A stretch of 64,000 nt of DNA from Histomonas meleagridis 2922-C6/04-290x. Its lineage: Eukaryota; Protista; Parabasalia. Under the pieces are notes generated by a model that saw only the letters and a list, made by a program, of their open reading frames with translations, was not told the origin of the DNA and did not search any database. The stretch covers positions 682,001 to 746,000 of the forward strand of contig JAANOX010000243.1 of the NCBI GenBank assembly GCA_020184695.1, read 5' to 3'. Shown here piece after piece: positions 20,874-31,602 of this stretch (the first letter of the stretch is position 1; every line of letters starts with the position of its first letter). Position numbers and translations under genes: made by a program.

Positions 20874-23594
20874 TTGAATTTATCAGAGAAACTAGCATCC
20901 ATTGATTCACAACCAATAAACTCATCTATCCAAATAGTCAATGAAATATCCAATGATTTGAACTCTCTGCATGAAGAAGAATTAAGTAAATTTTCAAAAA
21001 TAATTCTTAATTTCCTAAATAAGGATTCATCAACATCAGCTATTCGAGCTGCCCTAACAGCATCTGAGAAGATGCTCCAAATAAGCTATCCAGATAAATT
21101 TCCTACATCATTACTCCAGGCAATAAGACCACATCTTGGAAATCAAAACAAAAACATTCGCGAACAGTCCATTAGGATTGCAGAAGATCTTCTTAACATC
21201 CTAGAGCCATCTAATTTTTGGCCATCTCTTAAAACAATATTTATTGAATCACCATTATTCAAAATTAGTGGTTTAATTCTCTTTAAAAAAACCATCATTG
21301 ACTTTCCTAGCTTTAGCGTTTCTCATATTATTCGTCCAGTTTTTTCGCTTCTTGTTAATCCATCTGAAGAAATTCGAGTAAGAGCAATTGAAATTGCGCA
21401 AATTCTTTATCAGAAGAAACCTGATACTGTTCGTAAGCTCATAGAGAATCAATATTCATCAAATGCTCCCAGTATCCTCAACAAGATATCCTCTGATCCA
21501 CGTCAATCAGCCCCATCACGAAGTTCTGTGATATCACAAGTCCAAGCTCCACAACTTTCCAATGAAGAAATTACCAACAATTTAATCTCCGAGTTTGAAA
21601 ATCCATACTCTGATGTAGCAGCATCTACTGGAACTTGTCCATTTTCATCGCTCGAGAAATCATTAAGTCGTACATCACAATGGGAGGAAAGAAAACGCTC
21701 TTTGGCTACACTTGTGTCGTACGCAAAAGGTGCATCAAATCGTGACACTTTTGCACGGCAGCTGAAGACGCTCCAAGACCCATTTATTAAGTGCTTATGC
21801 GACACGCGTTCTACTCTTGCGAAGTCTTCTTGTTTAGCACTAGTTGCACTCGCAAAAGAACTCGGGAAAAGTCTTGATATTTGTAGTGAATGGATTATTC
21901 CACCACTGCTTGGACGTACTACAAATGGTACATTAATAATCGCGCTCTCTTCTGAGCTTGCGATCACAAATTACGTACAATTTGTTTACGGAAAACACAT
22001 TAAGAAAATATTAATTGACAACTCTGAAAATGCTGCAGCAGAAGCACGCCTTGCAGTTGTAAAGTCGATGCTAATTGCATTGGAAAAATGGCCTTCGGAA
22101 TTATCAAAAGATTTTGGTGAAATCCTTCTCAAGAAGAAACATGACCAATCAAATCTGATTAGAGATGTTCTTTCAGACTTTGAATATCAGATCGTTGAGG
22201 ATATAAACCAAAAAGAAATAGTTGAAGAAACAAAAACCAAAAAAAGGAATTTGAAAGAGTCCGATGAAACAAAACTCAAAAAGAAGAATTCAAAACAAAA
22301 CGATGAAATACCGCTCAAAAACAAAAAATCAAAGCAGAACGATGAAATAGCACTCAAAGATAAAAATTCAAAACAAAACGATGAAGCTGCACTCAAAGTC
22401 AAAAATTCAAAACAAACTCAAGAAGAAGAACATGAAATTGAAGAAACACCACAACTAACATTAGAAGAATTAATTGAAGAATCAAATACTGAAGGAATTG
22501 CCTTGTTGTTGGAACGCGAATCACCAGATTTATTTGGGTTAATGGACAAAATCATCCAAATGTTAATCATTGATATGAAAGATGATGATCTAGTTAATGG
22601 TTCTGAGCGATTATTATCGATATTATGTACCAAATATACACAAAATCTATATCCATATTTGACTGAAATAATTCATAATTTACCGGATGACGAAACGTAT
22701 GGAAACTCATTGATATCCAAAATCTCGCTAACGTTTGGTGACTTTTCTACGGCCAAATTATTATTAACGAATTCATCAAAAAGTTATTCCGCGACATATA
22801 TCTTAAACATAGCCGAAAAACGCGAAAACGATTTCGAATTTTGTTCACAATCCATTTACAACTGTATTACGAAAGGTTTTTATTCGACTAATTCCGAACT
22901 AATAATTACGTTAATGAAGAAAATGTATCAAAAGAATCCAATTTTATGCCAAGGAATAATATCTTCATTAAATACCAACGAAAGAATGAGCGTATTAAAT
23001 GATATAATGTTCGAAATTCCGGAACTTTACTTCTGTTTCGAGACAAGTAACTTTTCGACATTAGAAAAATCACTTTCGACTGAATATAAGAACATCGAAA
23101 TGAACAAAGACGCCGAAGTCAATATGGAACTAATAGAACAAGCGAAAGAATCGAATGACGACTCATGTTTACTACTTTCCATCGCCATTTTACGAGAGAC
23201 AAATAATTTTAATGATAATATTTTTAAGTTTTTAATGAGCTGTTTAAATAATGAGAATAAAAACGTCGAAATGAACGCGTTAATTACATTAGAAATTAAG
23301 GCAAAAGAGAATTTGTTTTCGTTGGAAAAATTAATTAATTCGTTTGAGCTGAATTTCGGATTTTTTAAAATATTGAAAATCGTTTTGGATAACTCAAATG
23401 TGGACGAAATTATGAAACATAAAAAGGAATTATCGAACATAATTTCAAATGGCGTAAATGATAATGAGATAAAATACGCAGCAATCGATGCACTGGCGAA
23501 GTTGTGTTCGATTACTTCGGAAGATTACAAAGAGTTTTGCGAATTGTCTTACGCAAACGAATATTTGTTAAAGTCTTTACTTAAAAATGAATAA
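20874..23594 (+). CDS. CLASP-N/TOG-like HEAT repeat protein
   Basis: HEAT repeats; 'QWEERKRSL...DTRSTLAKSSCLALVALAKELG...LLGRTTNGTLII' resembles the CLASP N-terminal domain. Confidence 0.7.
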   Translation: MNLSEKLASIDSQPINSSIQIVNEISNDLNSLHEEELSKFSKIILNFLNKDSSTSAIRAALTASEKMLQISYPDKFPTSLLQAIRPHLGNQNKNIREQSIRIAEDLLNILEPSNFWPSLKTIFIESPLFKISGLILFKKTIIDFPSFSVSHIIRPVFSLLVNPSEEIRVRAIEIAQILYQKKPDTVRKLIENQYSSNAPSILNKISSDPRQSAPSRSSVISQVQAPQLSNEEITNNLISEFENPYSDVAASTGTCPFSSLEKSLSRTSQWEERKRSLATLVSYAKGASNRDTFARQLKTLQDPFIKCLCDTRSTLAKSSCLALVALAKELGKSLDICSEWIIPPLLGRTTNGTLIIALSSELAITNYVQFVYGKHIKKILIDNSENAAAEARLAVVKSMLIALEKWPSELSKDFGEILLKKKHDQSNLIRDVLSDFEYQIVEDINQKEIVEETKTKKRNLKESDETKLKKKNSKQNDEIPLKNKKSKQNDEIALKDKNSKQNDEAALKVKNSKQTQEEEHEIEETPQLTLEELIEESNTEGIALLLERESPDLFGLMDKIIQMLIIDMKDDDLVNGSERLLSILCTKYTQNLYPYLTEIIHNLPDDETYGNSLISKISLTFGDFSTAKLLLTNSSKSYSATYILNIAEKRENDFEFCSQSIYNCITKGFYSTNSELIITLMKKMYQKNPILCQGIISSLNTNERMSVLNDIMFEIPELYFCFETSNFSTLEKSLSTEYKNIEMNKDAEVNMELIEQAKESNDDSCLLLSIAILRETNNFNDNIFKFLMSCLNNENKNVEMNALITLEIKAKENLFSLEKLINSFELNFGFFKILKIVLDNSNVDEIMKHKKELSNIISNGVNDNEIKYAAIDALAKLCSITSEDYKEFCELSYANEYLLKSLLKNE
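22263..22418 (+). repeat. Coding tandem repeat, 4 x 39 nt (DE..LK.KNSKQN)
   Basis: DETKLKKKNSKQN / DEIPLKNKKSKQN / DEIALKDKNSKQN / DEAALKVKNSKQT. Confidence 0.85.
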
Positions 23595-23821
23595 AATATA
23601 TAAAGTAAAAAGGTTATTATTTTTGACCTTATGCACAAAATGAGAATACTATGAAATTAAAACTTCATTTCAGTGGAATTTAATCAAATGGTTTCGTTTA
23701 CAGATTTGATATTTAATTGATTGAAAAAAATAAAATAAAAATCGTTTTTTGATAGACGAAATTACAAAACAAGCTTCGTGTAACACATTACTTTATGGAA
23801 TATTGTTAATTTATAACACAT

Positions 23822-25234
23822 TTACTCAATTTGGAATTCACCGATTTGAACTAAACAAGCTTCAAGATATGAGCAAGACGCAGCAAAACGACTTCCAAAG
23901 CAAGGCAAACAGCTCCATCGCAATAAGAACTCCGACAAAGCGAAAGGATCTCCAATTTCGGTTGAACAAAGTAGACATATCCATAGTCCGAAAATGTCAT
24001 CAAATCCTGGCACCTTTGCGAAAAAGTCCTTTACGTTGTCTCCGCTTCCATTTTCTGTAGCTTGAAGTGTCGCCATGATTGAAATTGATTCATGAGCTTT
24101 TGATAAGCAATAACCTGCGTCCAGTGGGCAAACCTTAAATTGAGCTAAGTGAAGCCATTCCACAGGTGCTTCTGAGAATGTTGAATGTTTGAATATTTTC
24201 CATATTGGTTCTGAAACAAGTTCTTTTGGGATATACTTAGTTACAACGCCCACTTTGTCAGGGGTTAGTTGTGCCATTTTAGCAATTTTACTGATGAATT
24301 CAGGATGTTCCTTTGTCTCATATGACAAAAGTGGATATTTCCTATCGAACAAAAACCGCTCAAGGAAAACGTTAATAACGTTCTGACGGTTTTCATCGTC
24401 AACCGACAAAAACGATAAAATTTCATTTTTTGCATTGTTTAACCATTGCAAAACAGATTTATCATCATTAGTTACCTGAATAGGAATTAAATTAGCATTA
24501 GTAAGAGGAGATGATGGTGATTCTAAAAATAAATATAATGGTTCTTCTATAGGAATAGGTTCGAAATAATTAATCTCATTTTTCATTGATGAAAGACCCG
24601 ATTCAATTGCAGATTTGAGAAATGAGATGTTTTGTATGTTGGAAGAAAATACTTGTTTTGGGAATGTTGAGATAAATTCCAATTTTTCGTTGATTGCTGT
24701 TTTAAGTCGGAAATATGTTTTGTAAAGAGTCGGATTTTGATGAAGAGTACTAAAGTCTAATGGAATAGTGGAGTGACTAACATCAATAAGATATGGACGT
24801 GGATGATCAATAAGCCATTTACAAAGAATTTCTAATTGCTTGAAGATTTTGATTTGATTGGTTGAAATTAATTGTCGATTTGCTATCACAGAATCTTCAA
24901 GATTAGAAAGCTCTTGTTTAAGGAATTGATAAATTCGGATTTCATTCATTTGGTATGGTAAGCTTGATGTGATATTCTTGGTGCTTTGCAATTTTGAAAA
25001 TTGTATTTTAGAAGTCTCTTCAACAAACTGAACAACAGCATTAAGTTTTTTGTTGAGAGTTAATGAAACACTTTGAAAGTATGATACAAAAGAATTTAAT
25101 TTTAATGTCGTATAAGTAAAATTACTTTTATCAATAGGCATTAAATATTCAATGATGTCATCAATTTCTAAGTCTTGAGGAAATGTTGGATCGCTAGTTA
25201 AGTTTATCTTTATTTCTTTTTTCCAATCTTCCAT
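23822..25234 (-). CDS. Hypothetical protein with a C-terminal VPS9-like region
   Basis: 'CPLDAGYCLSKAHESI...PGFDDIFGLWICLL' parallels 12950..14317. Confidence 0.55.
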   Translation of the reverse strand: MEDWKKEIKINLTSDPTFPQDLEIDDIIEYLMPIDKSNFTYTTLKLNSFVSYFQSVSLTLNKKLNAVVQFVEETSKIQFSKLQSTKNITSSLPYQMNEIRIYQFLKQELSNLEDSVIANRQLISTNQIKIFKQLEILCKWLIDHPRPYLIDVSHSTIPLDFSTLHQNPTLYKTYFRLKTAINEKLEFISTFPKQVFSSNIQNISFLKSAIESGLSSMKNEINYFEPIPIEEPLYLFLESPSSPLTNANLIPIQVTNDDKSVLQWLNNAKNEILSFLSVDDENRQNVINVFLERFLFDRKYPLLSYETKEHPEFISKIAKMAQLTPDKVGVVTKYIPKELVSEPIWKIFKHSTFSEAPVEWLHLAQFKVCPLDAGYCLSKAHESISIMATLQATENGSGDNVKDFFAKVPGFDDIFGLWICLLCSTEIGDPFALSEFLLRWSCLPCFGSRFAASCSYLEACLVQIGEFQIE

Positions 25235-25431
25235 TTATTGATGACCGTTTACAATATTTCCATTCGGTTGTTTCACTTTTCTGTAAAGCAATTAATAGTA
25301 TTTTAGAGTACGTTAAAAGCAATAATGGCCGATTTAAGGTTTTGTATTTCCTTCTCAATACCACTTTTTGATGAGTTGCCACTTTATGGCGGTTATCATA
25401 CTCAATCTTTGTTCAAAATTTTCATGGAAAT

Positions 25432-27808
25432 ATGAAAAAACATAATAAGCGGAAAAAGACAAAAGGTAAATTACCCAATGAGTGGGAAATGATACTATCG
25501 ATAAAGGAGTTAATATTTAACATGAATGAAGAAAATATTATTCAATCATCAAGGTTAATAATCGATAAATTTGATAGTAATCATCCATTATCTTTTAATA
25601 TAATAGTTAGTCAATTTATATATTATATATTACTTATTACCCAAATGAAAATTTTGAGATATATTTAAATTTTCTTGAAAAAATTGAAGAAACAAAGAAG
25701 ATCAAAATATTTAACACCTTTATACATTTTCTTCTCGATAAAACAACGCAAGAATCCAATTTTCTTATGAATAAATTCATTGAAAAAAATTTGGTGGAAT
25801 CAAATATTATTAAAGACATTCAATCAAAATATTTTGCACACTATAGAACTGAAGAGGAAAACAAAAACAGAAATTATAATGATCCATTGGAAAAATACTT
25901 TATGGATCATTATGAAGAACTTTCAAAGAATGATTTTGAACTTCATAAACAATTAATTAAAGAAGGACATAATCCAAGTGAAATTGCGAAAATAATTCGA
26001 AATGATGAAATAGAAAAACTTCAAGAAATATCATCACAAACAAATTTTGATTTTAATCAAAAAATTGAACCATCACTTTATGAAAGATATTCATTTATTA
26101 ACAAACCAAATGTTACATTAATTGATTATGCAGCATTTTTTTCTTCAGTTAAATGTTTTAAATATTTACTTATGAACAATGCAAATGTAGAAAAAACAGG
26201 TGAATATGCAGTTGCTGGTGGAAATGAAGAAATCATTCATTTATGCGAACAAAATCATTCGACATTTAAATATGCATATGAAGCAGCAATTGAATTTCAT
26301 CGAAATGATATCTTTAGATATCTTTATGAAAATAAATTAGATACAACTAATAACTTAGAAGAATTAGAAAATTTAGGTTGGATATGTATTAATTATTATA
26401 ATTATGAAATTTTTACATTTTTAATGAGAGAAGGAATGAAAATCAATGATGGAATCATTAATAAAACAGCAAAAATTGGAAATCTATATCTATTAAAACA
26501 TTTTCTAAAACATCATCTAATTCCAAAAGATTTATTAGTTTCTTCTGTAGAATCAGAAAACATTTAACTTGTTAAATATATATTAGAACAAAGAGGAATT
26601 GATGTTAATGCTCAAGATATTTATTTGTTTTATTTGATATTTGTTTTAATAATTTGGTATTTCAAAATAATATTTGGAAATTATTTAAAATATTTCAAAC
26701 AGCACTTATAATGGCATCTCAATATGGTTATACAGAAATAGTTAAATTACTTCTTGAACAAAAAAGAATTGATGTTAATTATAAAGAAAGTATTTATTTC
26801 TTTTGTTTGATATTTATTTAAATAATTTCAAATCACAAAATAATATTTGGGAATTATTTAAATTATTTAATACATCACTTATGATTGCATCTGCAAAAGG
26901 TCATATAGAAATAATTAAATTACTTCTTAAACAAAAAGGAATTGATGTTAATGCTAAAAATAAAATTTATTTGTATTAATTTTTATTTGCTTTTGTAGTT
27001 TCGTATTTCAAAATAATATATGAAAATTGTTTGCTTTATTTAATACAGCACTTATAGAGGCAACTAAAAATGGTTTTACTGCAGTAGTTAAATTACTTCT
27101 TGAACAAGAAGGTATTGATGTTAATGCTAAAAATATTTATTTGTATTATTTTTTGTTTATTTTAATAATTTTATACCTTATAATAATTATTGAAAATTAT
27201 TTGAACTATTTCAATCAGCTCTTACATTAGCGATTTTAGGAAATTATACAGAAATAGCTAAATTACTTATTAATCAAAAAGGTATTGATGTTAATAATAA
27301 AGATATTTATTTATTTTATTTAATATTTATTTTAATAGTTTTATATTTCAAAATAATATTTGGAAATTATTTAAATTATTTAAAGCAGCACTTATAATAG
27401 CATCTGAAAATGGTAGAACAGAAATAGTTAAATTACTTCTTGAACAAAAAGGAATTGATATTAATGCTAAAGATATTTATTTGTTTTATTTAATATTTAT
27501 TTTAATAATTTCAAATCACAAAATAATATTTGGAAATTATTTAAATTATTTCAAACAGCACTTATGTATGCATCTTATAAAGGTTATACAGAAATAATTA
27601 AATTACTTCTTGAACAAGAAGGAATTGATATTAATGCTAAAAATATTTTGTTGTTTTATTTAGAATTTATTTTAATAATTTTCTATTTCAAAATAATATT
27701 TGGAAATTATTTTAATTATTTAAAACAGCACATCGATTAGCACATAAAAAAGGTTACAAACAAATAACCAAATTACTGAAACAAAAAGACAATTTAAAAG
27801 AAAAATGA
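25432..27808 (+). pseudogene. DUF3447-ankyrin gene, locus 2. It has a frameshift near 25630, an in-frame TAA at 26565 and 7 spacer-separated ankyrin modules.
   Basis: DUF3447-like ORF 25767..26567. The upstream ORF 25432..25668 is in another frame. After the TAA the frame continues LVKYILEQRGIDVNAQD. Modules start at 26699, 26872, 27045, 27215, 27385, 27555 and 27725; stop at 27806-27808. Confidence 0.85.
26619..27724 (+). repeat. Ankyrin module/spacer array with seven spacers of exactly 80 nt
   Basis: Spacers at 26619-26698, 26792-26871, 26965-27044, 27135-27214, 27305-27384, 27475-27554 and 27645-27724. Confidence 0.9.
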
Positions 27809-27964
27809 AATGATTGATGAATAATCTAATTACATATACATCTATATAGAAGGCTATGCTTGATAATTTTTGATATAACAAAAATGTAAAGAAAAGTGGA
27901 TCCACTTGTGGAACACAAGTGTAAAATTAGCGGTTTAAAGGGGAATTTAAAAGTTGCCACTATA

Positions 27965-28186
27965 ATGATTGAAATCATTGTAAATGATAATATTGGACAC
28001 AAAGAAAGGATTAAAGTAAACGAAGATGATACAATTGGTGATGTTAAAATTTTGGTTGCTTTCAAAATTGGTACTAGGCCAGAAAGAATTCGTCTTCATA
28101 TTGCAAATAAAGTTCTCGTTGATTCTGTAACCCTTTCTGACTATGAGATTCATCAGGGAACCGAAATAAGCATGTCATATGACTAA
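27965..28186 (+). CDS. UBL5: Ubiquitin-like protein 5 / Hub1 (spliceosome modifier), 73 aa
   Basis: MIEIIVNDNIGHKERIKVNEDDTIGDVK...TLSDYEIHQG aligns colinearly with Hub1; D22 and H63 are conserved. Confidence 0.88.
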   Translation: MIEIIVNDNIGHKERIKVNEDDTIGDVKILVAFKIGTRPERIRLHIANKVLVDSVTLSDYEIHQGTEISMSYD

Positions 28187-28429
28187 ACAATTTTGATGTT
28201 TTTTTCAGCCAATCTTTTTTTCAAAAAAAAAAAAAATAAAAATAATTTCTAAACCCAACATTAAGGCACATGCACTTTAAGCCAGATGTCCTATATGAGC
28301 TAGAGAATAATGATTTTCATAGAATTATGTTATGAGAATATTTTGATTAAACCGTGAAAGAATCGATTTTTTATTTGTTGCTATAAGCCACAACAAGCTC
28401 ACCTTATTTTTAAGTGGTTACCATAAGAA

Positions 28430-29896
28430 ATGTACTCATTGTTATCCAAAGGTCTGATTATCAATAAACGGCTTCAAGTAAACAACGTAAAAATGAACTT
28501 GGAAACATTAGACGCAATCACTTGGTCTATTGGAACAGTTCTTAGTATCATCCTAAAAACATATAACCACAAAATCGTGGATGCTATTCTTCTATTTGTT
28601 CTTTTAATATTATCAACTGTTTTAAATAATATCAATAACCGGCCGACATTCAGACAAGGCGCTGGAAACGGTATTATATGCGGATGCCTTGCTATTCCAT
28701 CAGCTCTTGCTGCGCTAGAATCAAATCTATTTCAGATTTCAATAACAATTTCAATTTCCACAGTTTTACTTTTTATTATCACAAAATCACTTACACCAAC
28801 TACTGACCTCAAGGTTTGCCCTTGGGCACCTCTCATTGTTACATATGGTTCATCTCTCTTATATCAATGGGAAATCAAATATTTACTTCAATGTTTTCTT
28901 GCTGTTTCTCTTTCACTGTTTGTTTTAACTGTTCTCATACGTTTTGCACCCAATTCATTTACGATTGGTGAGTTCATTTTTGTTTCATCACTTGTTTCCC
29001 TTCCAATTCCAAGTGCAATGAATTCCACAGGGATTACAAAGTTTTCTTCTGTTTTTATTATTTTCGGTGTTATTTGTATTGCTCTTGCTTTATGTGTGAA
29101 GCGACCAATTATTGTATTTGTTGTATTGGTTCCAATAATTATTACACTAAAAGATATACCGGAAGTTATTTCATACATTATACAGTTTAACCACTTGTTG
29201 CTCGTTGGTTATTGCGGTATTGTTTGCGTAATTTTTATTCTTATTTCAATGTTTTGGAAAGGTCTTAAACACTTTCCTCAAATCATCCAAAGAAAATTCT
29301 TCCATTTGATGGCTCTTCTTGTCTTTGTTCCGCCTGTTTTGATTAATCCATCATTTCTCAAGCTCTGTATTAGTGGAGCTATTTTTGTTTTCTTGTTTAT
29401 TGAAAGCTTAAGGGTAACAAAGTTCCCTTTTATTTCCTCTATAATCAACAATTATGTTGCTGATTTCATTGATGAAAGAGATGGAGGTGAACTTGTTCTA
29501 ACACACCTTTTCCTTCTCCTTGGACTTGGCCTTCCTGTGTTATTAGCAGACATAGATTCCCCGGGATCCATAAGGGTAAAGATCTGTGGAATCAGCGTTT
29601 TGGCGATTGGTGATGCAGCTGCATCGGTTATTGGTGTAAACTTCGGAAAACACAAATGGCCTGGATCAAAGAAGTCTTACGAAGGAACTGTTGGTGCTTT
29701 TGTAGGCACTTGGTTATGTATGTTCATTATTCAATTATTTGCAAAAATCGAGTTTTCATTATTAGATTTGTTATCGTTAGCATTTCCTTCATTAATCGCA
29801 GCTTTGGATGAGGCCTTCACATCCCAAATAGATAATTTGACTTTACCATTTGTAATGATCCCTTGGATTTGTTTTTGCTCTGTGTTCATTCATTAA
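28430..29896 (+). CDS. DOLK: Dolichol kinase (CTP-dependent, polytopic membrane protein)
   Basis: 'QRKFFHLMA', 'GDAAASVIGVNFGKHKWPGSKKSYEGT', 'QIDNLTLP'. Confidence 0.9.
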   Translation: MYSLLSKGLIINKRLQVNNVKMNLETLDAITWSIGTVLSIILKTYNHKIVDAILLFVLLILSTVLNNINNRPTFRQGAGNGIICGCLAIPSALAALESNLFQISITISISTVLLFIITKSLTPTTDLKVCPWAPLIVTYGSSLLYQWEIKYLLQCFLAVSLSLFVLTVLIRFAPNSFTIGEFIFVSSLVSLPIPSAMNSTGITKFSSVFIIFGVICIALALCVKRPIIVFVVLVPIIITLKDIPEVISYIIQFNHLLLVGYCGIVCVIFILISMFWKGLKHFPQIIQRKFFHLMALLVFVPPVLINPSFLKLCISGAIFVFLFIESLRVTKFPFISSIINNYVADFIDERDGGELVLTHLFLLLGLGLPVLLADIDSPGSIRVKICGISVLAIGDAAASVIGVNFGKHKWPGSKKSYEGTVGAFVGTWLCMFIIQLFAKIEFSLLDLLSLAFPSLIAALDEAFTSQIDNLTLPFVMIPWICFCSVFIH

Positions 29897-30043
29897 TAAA
29901 AGCATATTGTAAAGTATTTAAATAATTAAATATTTGGCAAAATATAAAATCTGTTTATTTTGACAACAAAATTTGCCACATGAAAATATTTTTCCAACGT
30001 AATTTAAATAAACACACTTTTTTGTTTACATGAAAGATAAACA

Positions 30044-30874
30044 CTATTTTAAGTCTCCAATTTCTTGGCTTTTCTGTTCGTATATCATAACAAACTCAAG
30101 CATTTTTTCAACTTCTAATTTTATCTCTTCTTTTTTCTTGTTTTCTGTCGTGACTTTAATTAATTTCTGCGTTTTCGCTAGTGTTTCCAAAAGGAATTTG
30201 CACCTGTTTAAGATTTCTTTATGTTTGTTTTTGAGTGAAATGTATTTTTCCCTTGGCTCAGAATTATCAAGAACTGAAATGAGCTTTTTTGTGGCGTCAA
30301 TTAGGAAACTTGGCTTTTCTTTTACATCTTGAATATCTTGAAATAAGGAATGATAAGGTGAAGTGATTTGAAGAAATGCATCGAATGCTTTATCCCATTT
30401 ACTATTTGAGTTAGCTTCACCAAGTTTGGCTGAAAGATCAGATATTGTTGCTTCACATTTTGATAATTCAGATTTATAAAATTCTTTTCTTTGAGAAATT
30501 TGATGAGTTTGTCGTCTCAAAGAAGCAATTAAATCTGAGTTTTCTGATGAATTAGAATTATTTGGTGAAGAATTTGCGCTTTTAATGATTCGATTTTCTA
30601 AACGTAATTGCGAAACGCGTTGAAGCAACTCCTCATATTGGCTTTTAAGAGAAGCATATTCGGATGTAGATTTTTGGAGAGCAATTGATTTTTGTTGTAA
30701 TTCATTTTTATATCCTTCATTTATTTCAATAAGTGATTTATTTTCTTTTTCCAATTGTTTTATTCTCATTATAAGCAAGTTTTGGCCTGACTTTGGAAAG
30801 TCATTAAGGAAAGAAAGGTCATCCAAGCTCATTTGCAGTTCAATTGTTAAACGGACAAATATAAACGGCTTCAA
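30044..30874 (-). CDS. Coiled-coil hypothetical protein
   Basis: Heptad-rich 276-aa ORF. The start may be the downstream MSLDDL. Confidence 0.55.
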   Translation of the reverse strand: MKPFIFVRLTIELQMSLDDLSFLNDFPKSGQNLLIMRIKQLEKENKSLIEINEGYKNELQQKSIALQKSTSEYASLKSQYEELLQRVSQLRLENRIIKSANSSPNNSNSSENSDLIASLRRQTHQISQRKEFYKSELSKCEATISDLSAKLGEANSNSKWDKAFDAFLQITSPYHSLFQDIQDVKEKPSFLIDATKKLISVLDNSEPREKYISLKNKHKEILNRCKFLLETLAKTQKLIKVTTENKKKEEIKLEVEKMLEFVMIYEQKSQEIGDLK

Positions 30875-30881
30875 ATGTTTA

Positions 30882-31562
30882 TTAACAAATTGTGCAAACT
30901 TCTTTTCTGGATGAATGTGTAGAATCGTTTTCTTTTTTTGTTGATTTCATATATAAATCATCCAAGCTTAAATCGGGTTCAGTTACTTTTACCTTGTTCT
31001 GGAGGTACTTTTCTTCGATGATTCTTATAAGCTTTTTGAATGGTTTTTGTACACCTGTACAAGTCATTGCTGATGTTTCAAAAAATGGTAAACCTTCATT
31101 GATGATAATTCTTTTTGCTTCATTTGGAGATATTTGGAAATGTCCATTTTGGAAAAGATCAATTTTGCTGATACAAACAACAATGGGTATGTCTGTGCCT
31201 TCATTTTTTAGATATATTTCTTCACACAATTTATGAAGATCATAAAATGTACTTTCTTGAGAACAGTCGCATACGATTATAATTCCATGAAAATTGTACA
31301 CTTTTATAAAATTTTCAGATTGTTTAAGATCTTCATATTCATAAATATGTATTTCATACTCTAATCCATCAACAATTTTATTGCATTCCCAATGTTGTAA
31401 AAGAGTAGCAGTTGTGTTTGGATTAAAATGGCCATAGACATAGCTTTCGACAAGTGCTGTAATTCCAGCGCTGTGTTCAGAACTACAAACAAGAATTCGA
31501 ATTTGGAGATTTATTTGTTTTTTATCATTACCCGTTTTGTCAATTTTTTGTAAACCATTCAC
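30882..31562 (-). CDS. Divergent Ras-superfamily small GTPase-like protein (probable pseudo-GTPase)
   Basis: Ras fold with G4-like 'SKID', G5 'FFETSA' and a C-terminal CxxC-type ending. G1 is 'SSEHSAGIT' and G3 is 'YEYEDL', both degenerate. Confidence 0.75.
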   Translation of the reverse strand: MNGLQKIDKTGNDKKQINLQIRILVCSSEHSAGITALVESYVYGHFNPNTTATLLQHWECNKIVDGLEYEIHIYEYEDLKQSENFIKVYNFHGIIIVCDCSQESTFYDLHKLCEEIYLKNEGTDIPIVVCISKIDLFQNGHFQISPNEAKRIIINEGLPFFETSAMTCTGVQKPFKKLIRIIEEKYLQNKVKVTEPDLSLDDLYMKSTKKENDSTHSSRKEVCTIC

Positions 31563-31565
31563 ACA

Positions 31566-31588
31566 AAACGGTTTCTCAGGAACCGTTT
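31566..31588. promoter_or_regulatory. Inverted pair of M3/Myb-like sites in a 40-bp bidirectional promoter
   Basis: AAACGGTTTC (31566-31575) and GAACCGTTT (31580-31588) lie between head-to-head start codons at 31562 and 31603. Confidence 0.55.
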
Positions 31589-31602
31589 AATCCAATTAGC
31601 CA

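Noticed and set aside
26619-27724. Uniform -1 programmed frameshift translating each spacer as a hydrophobic peptide
   Set aside because: Two of the seven spacers have TAA in the incoming frame, and other loci have spacers of phase 0 and 1.
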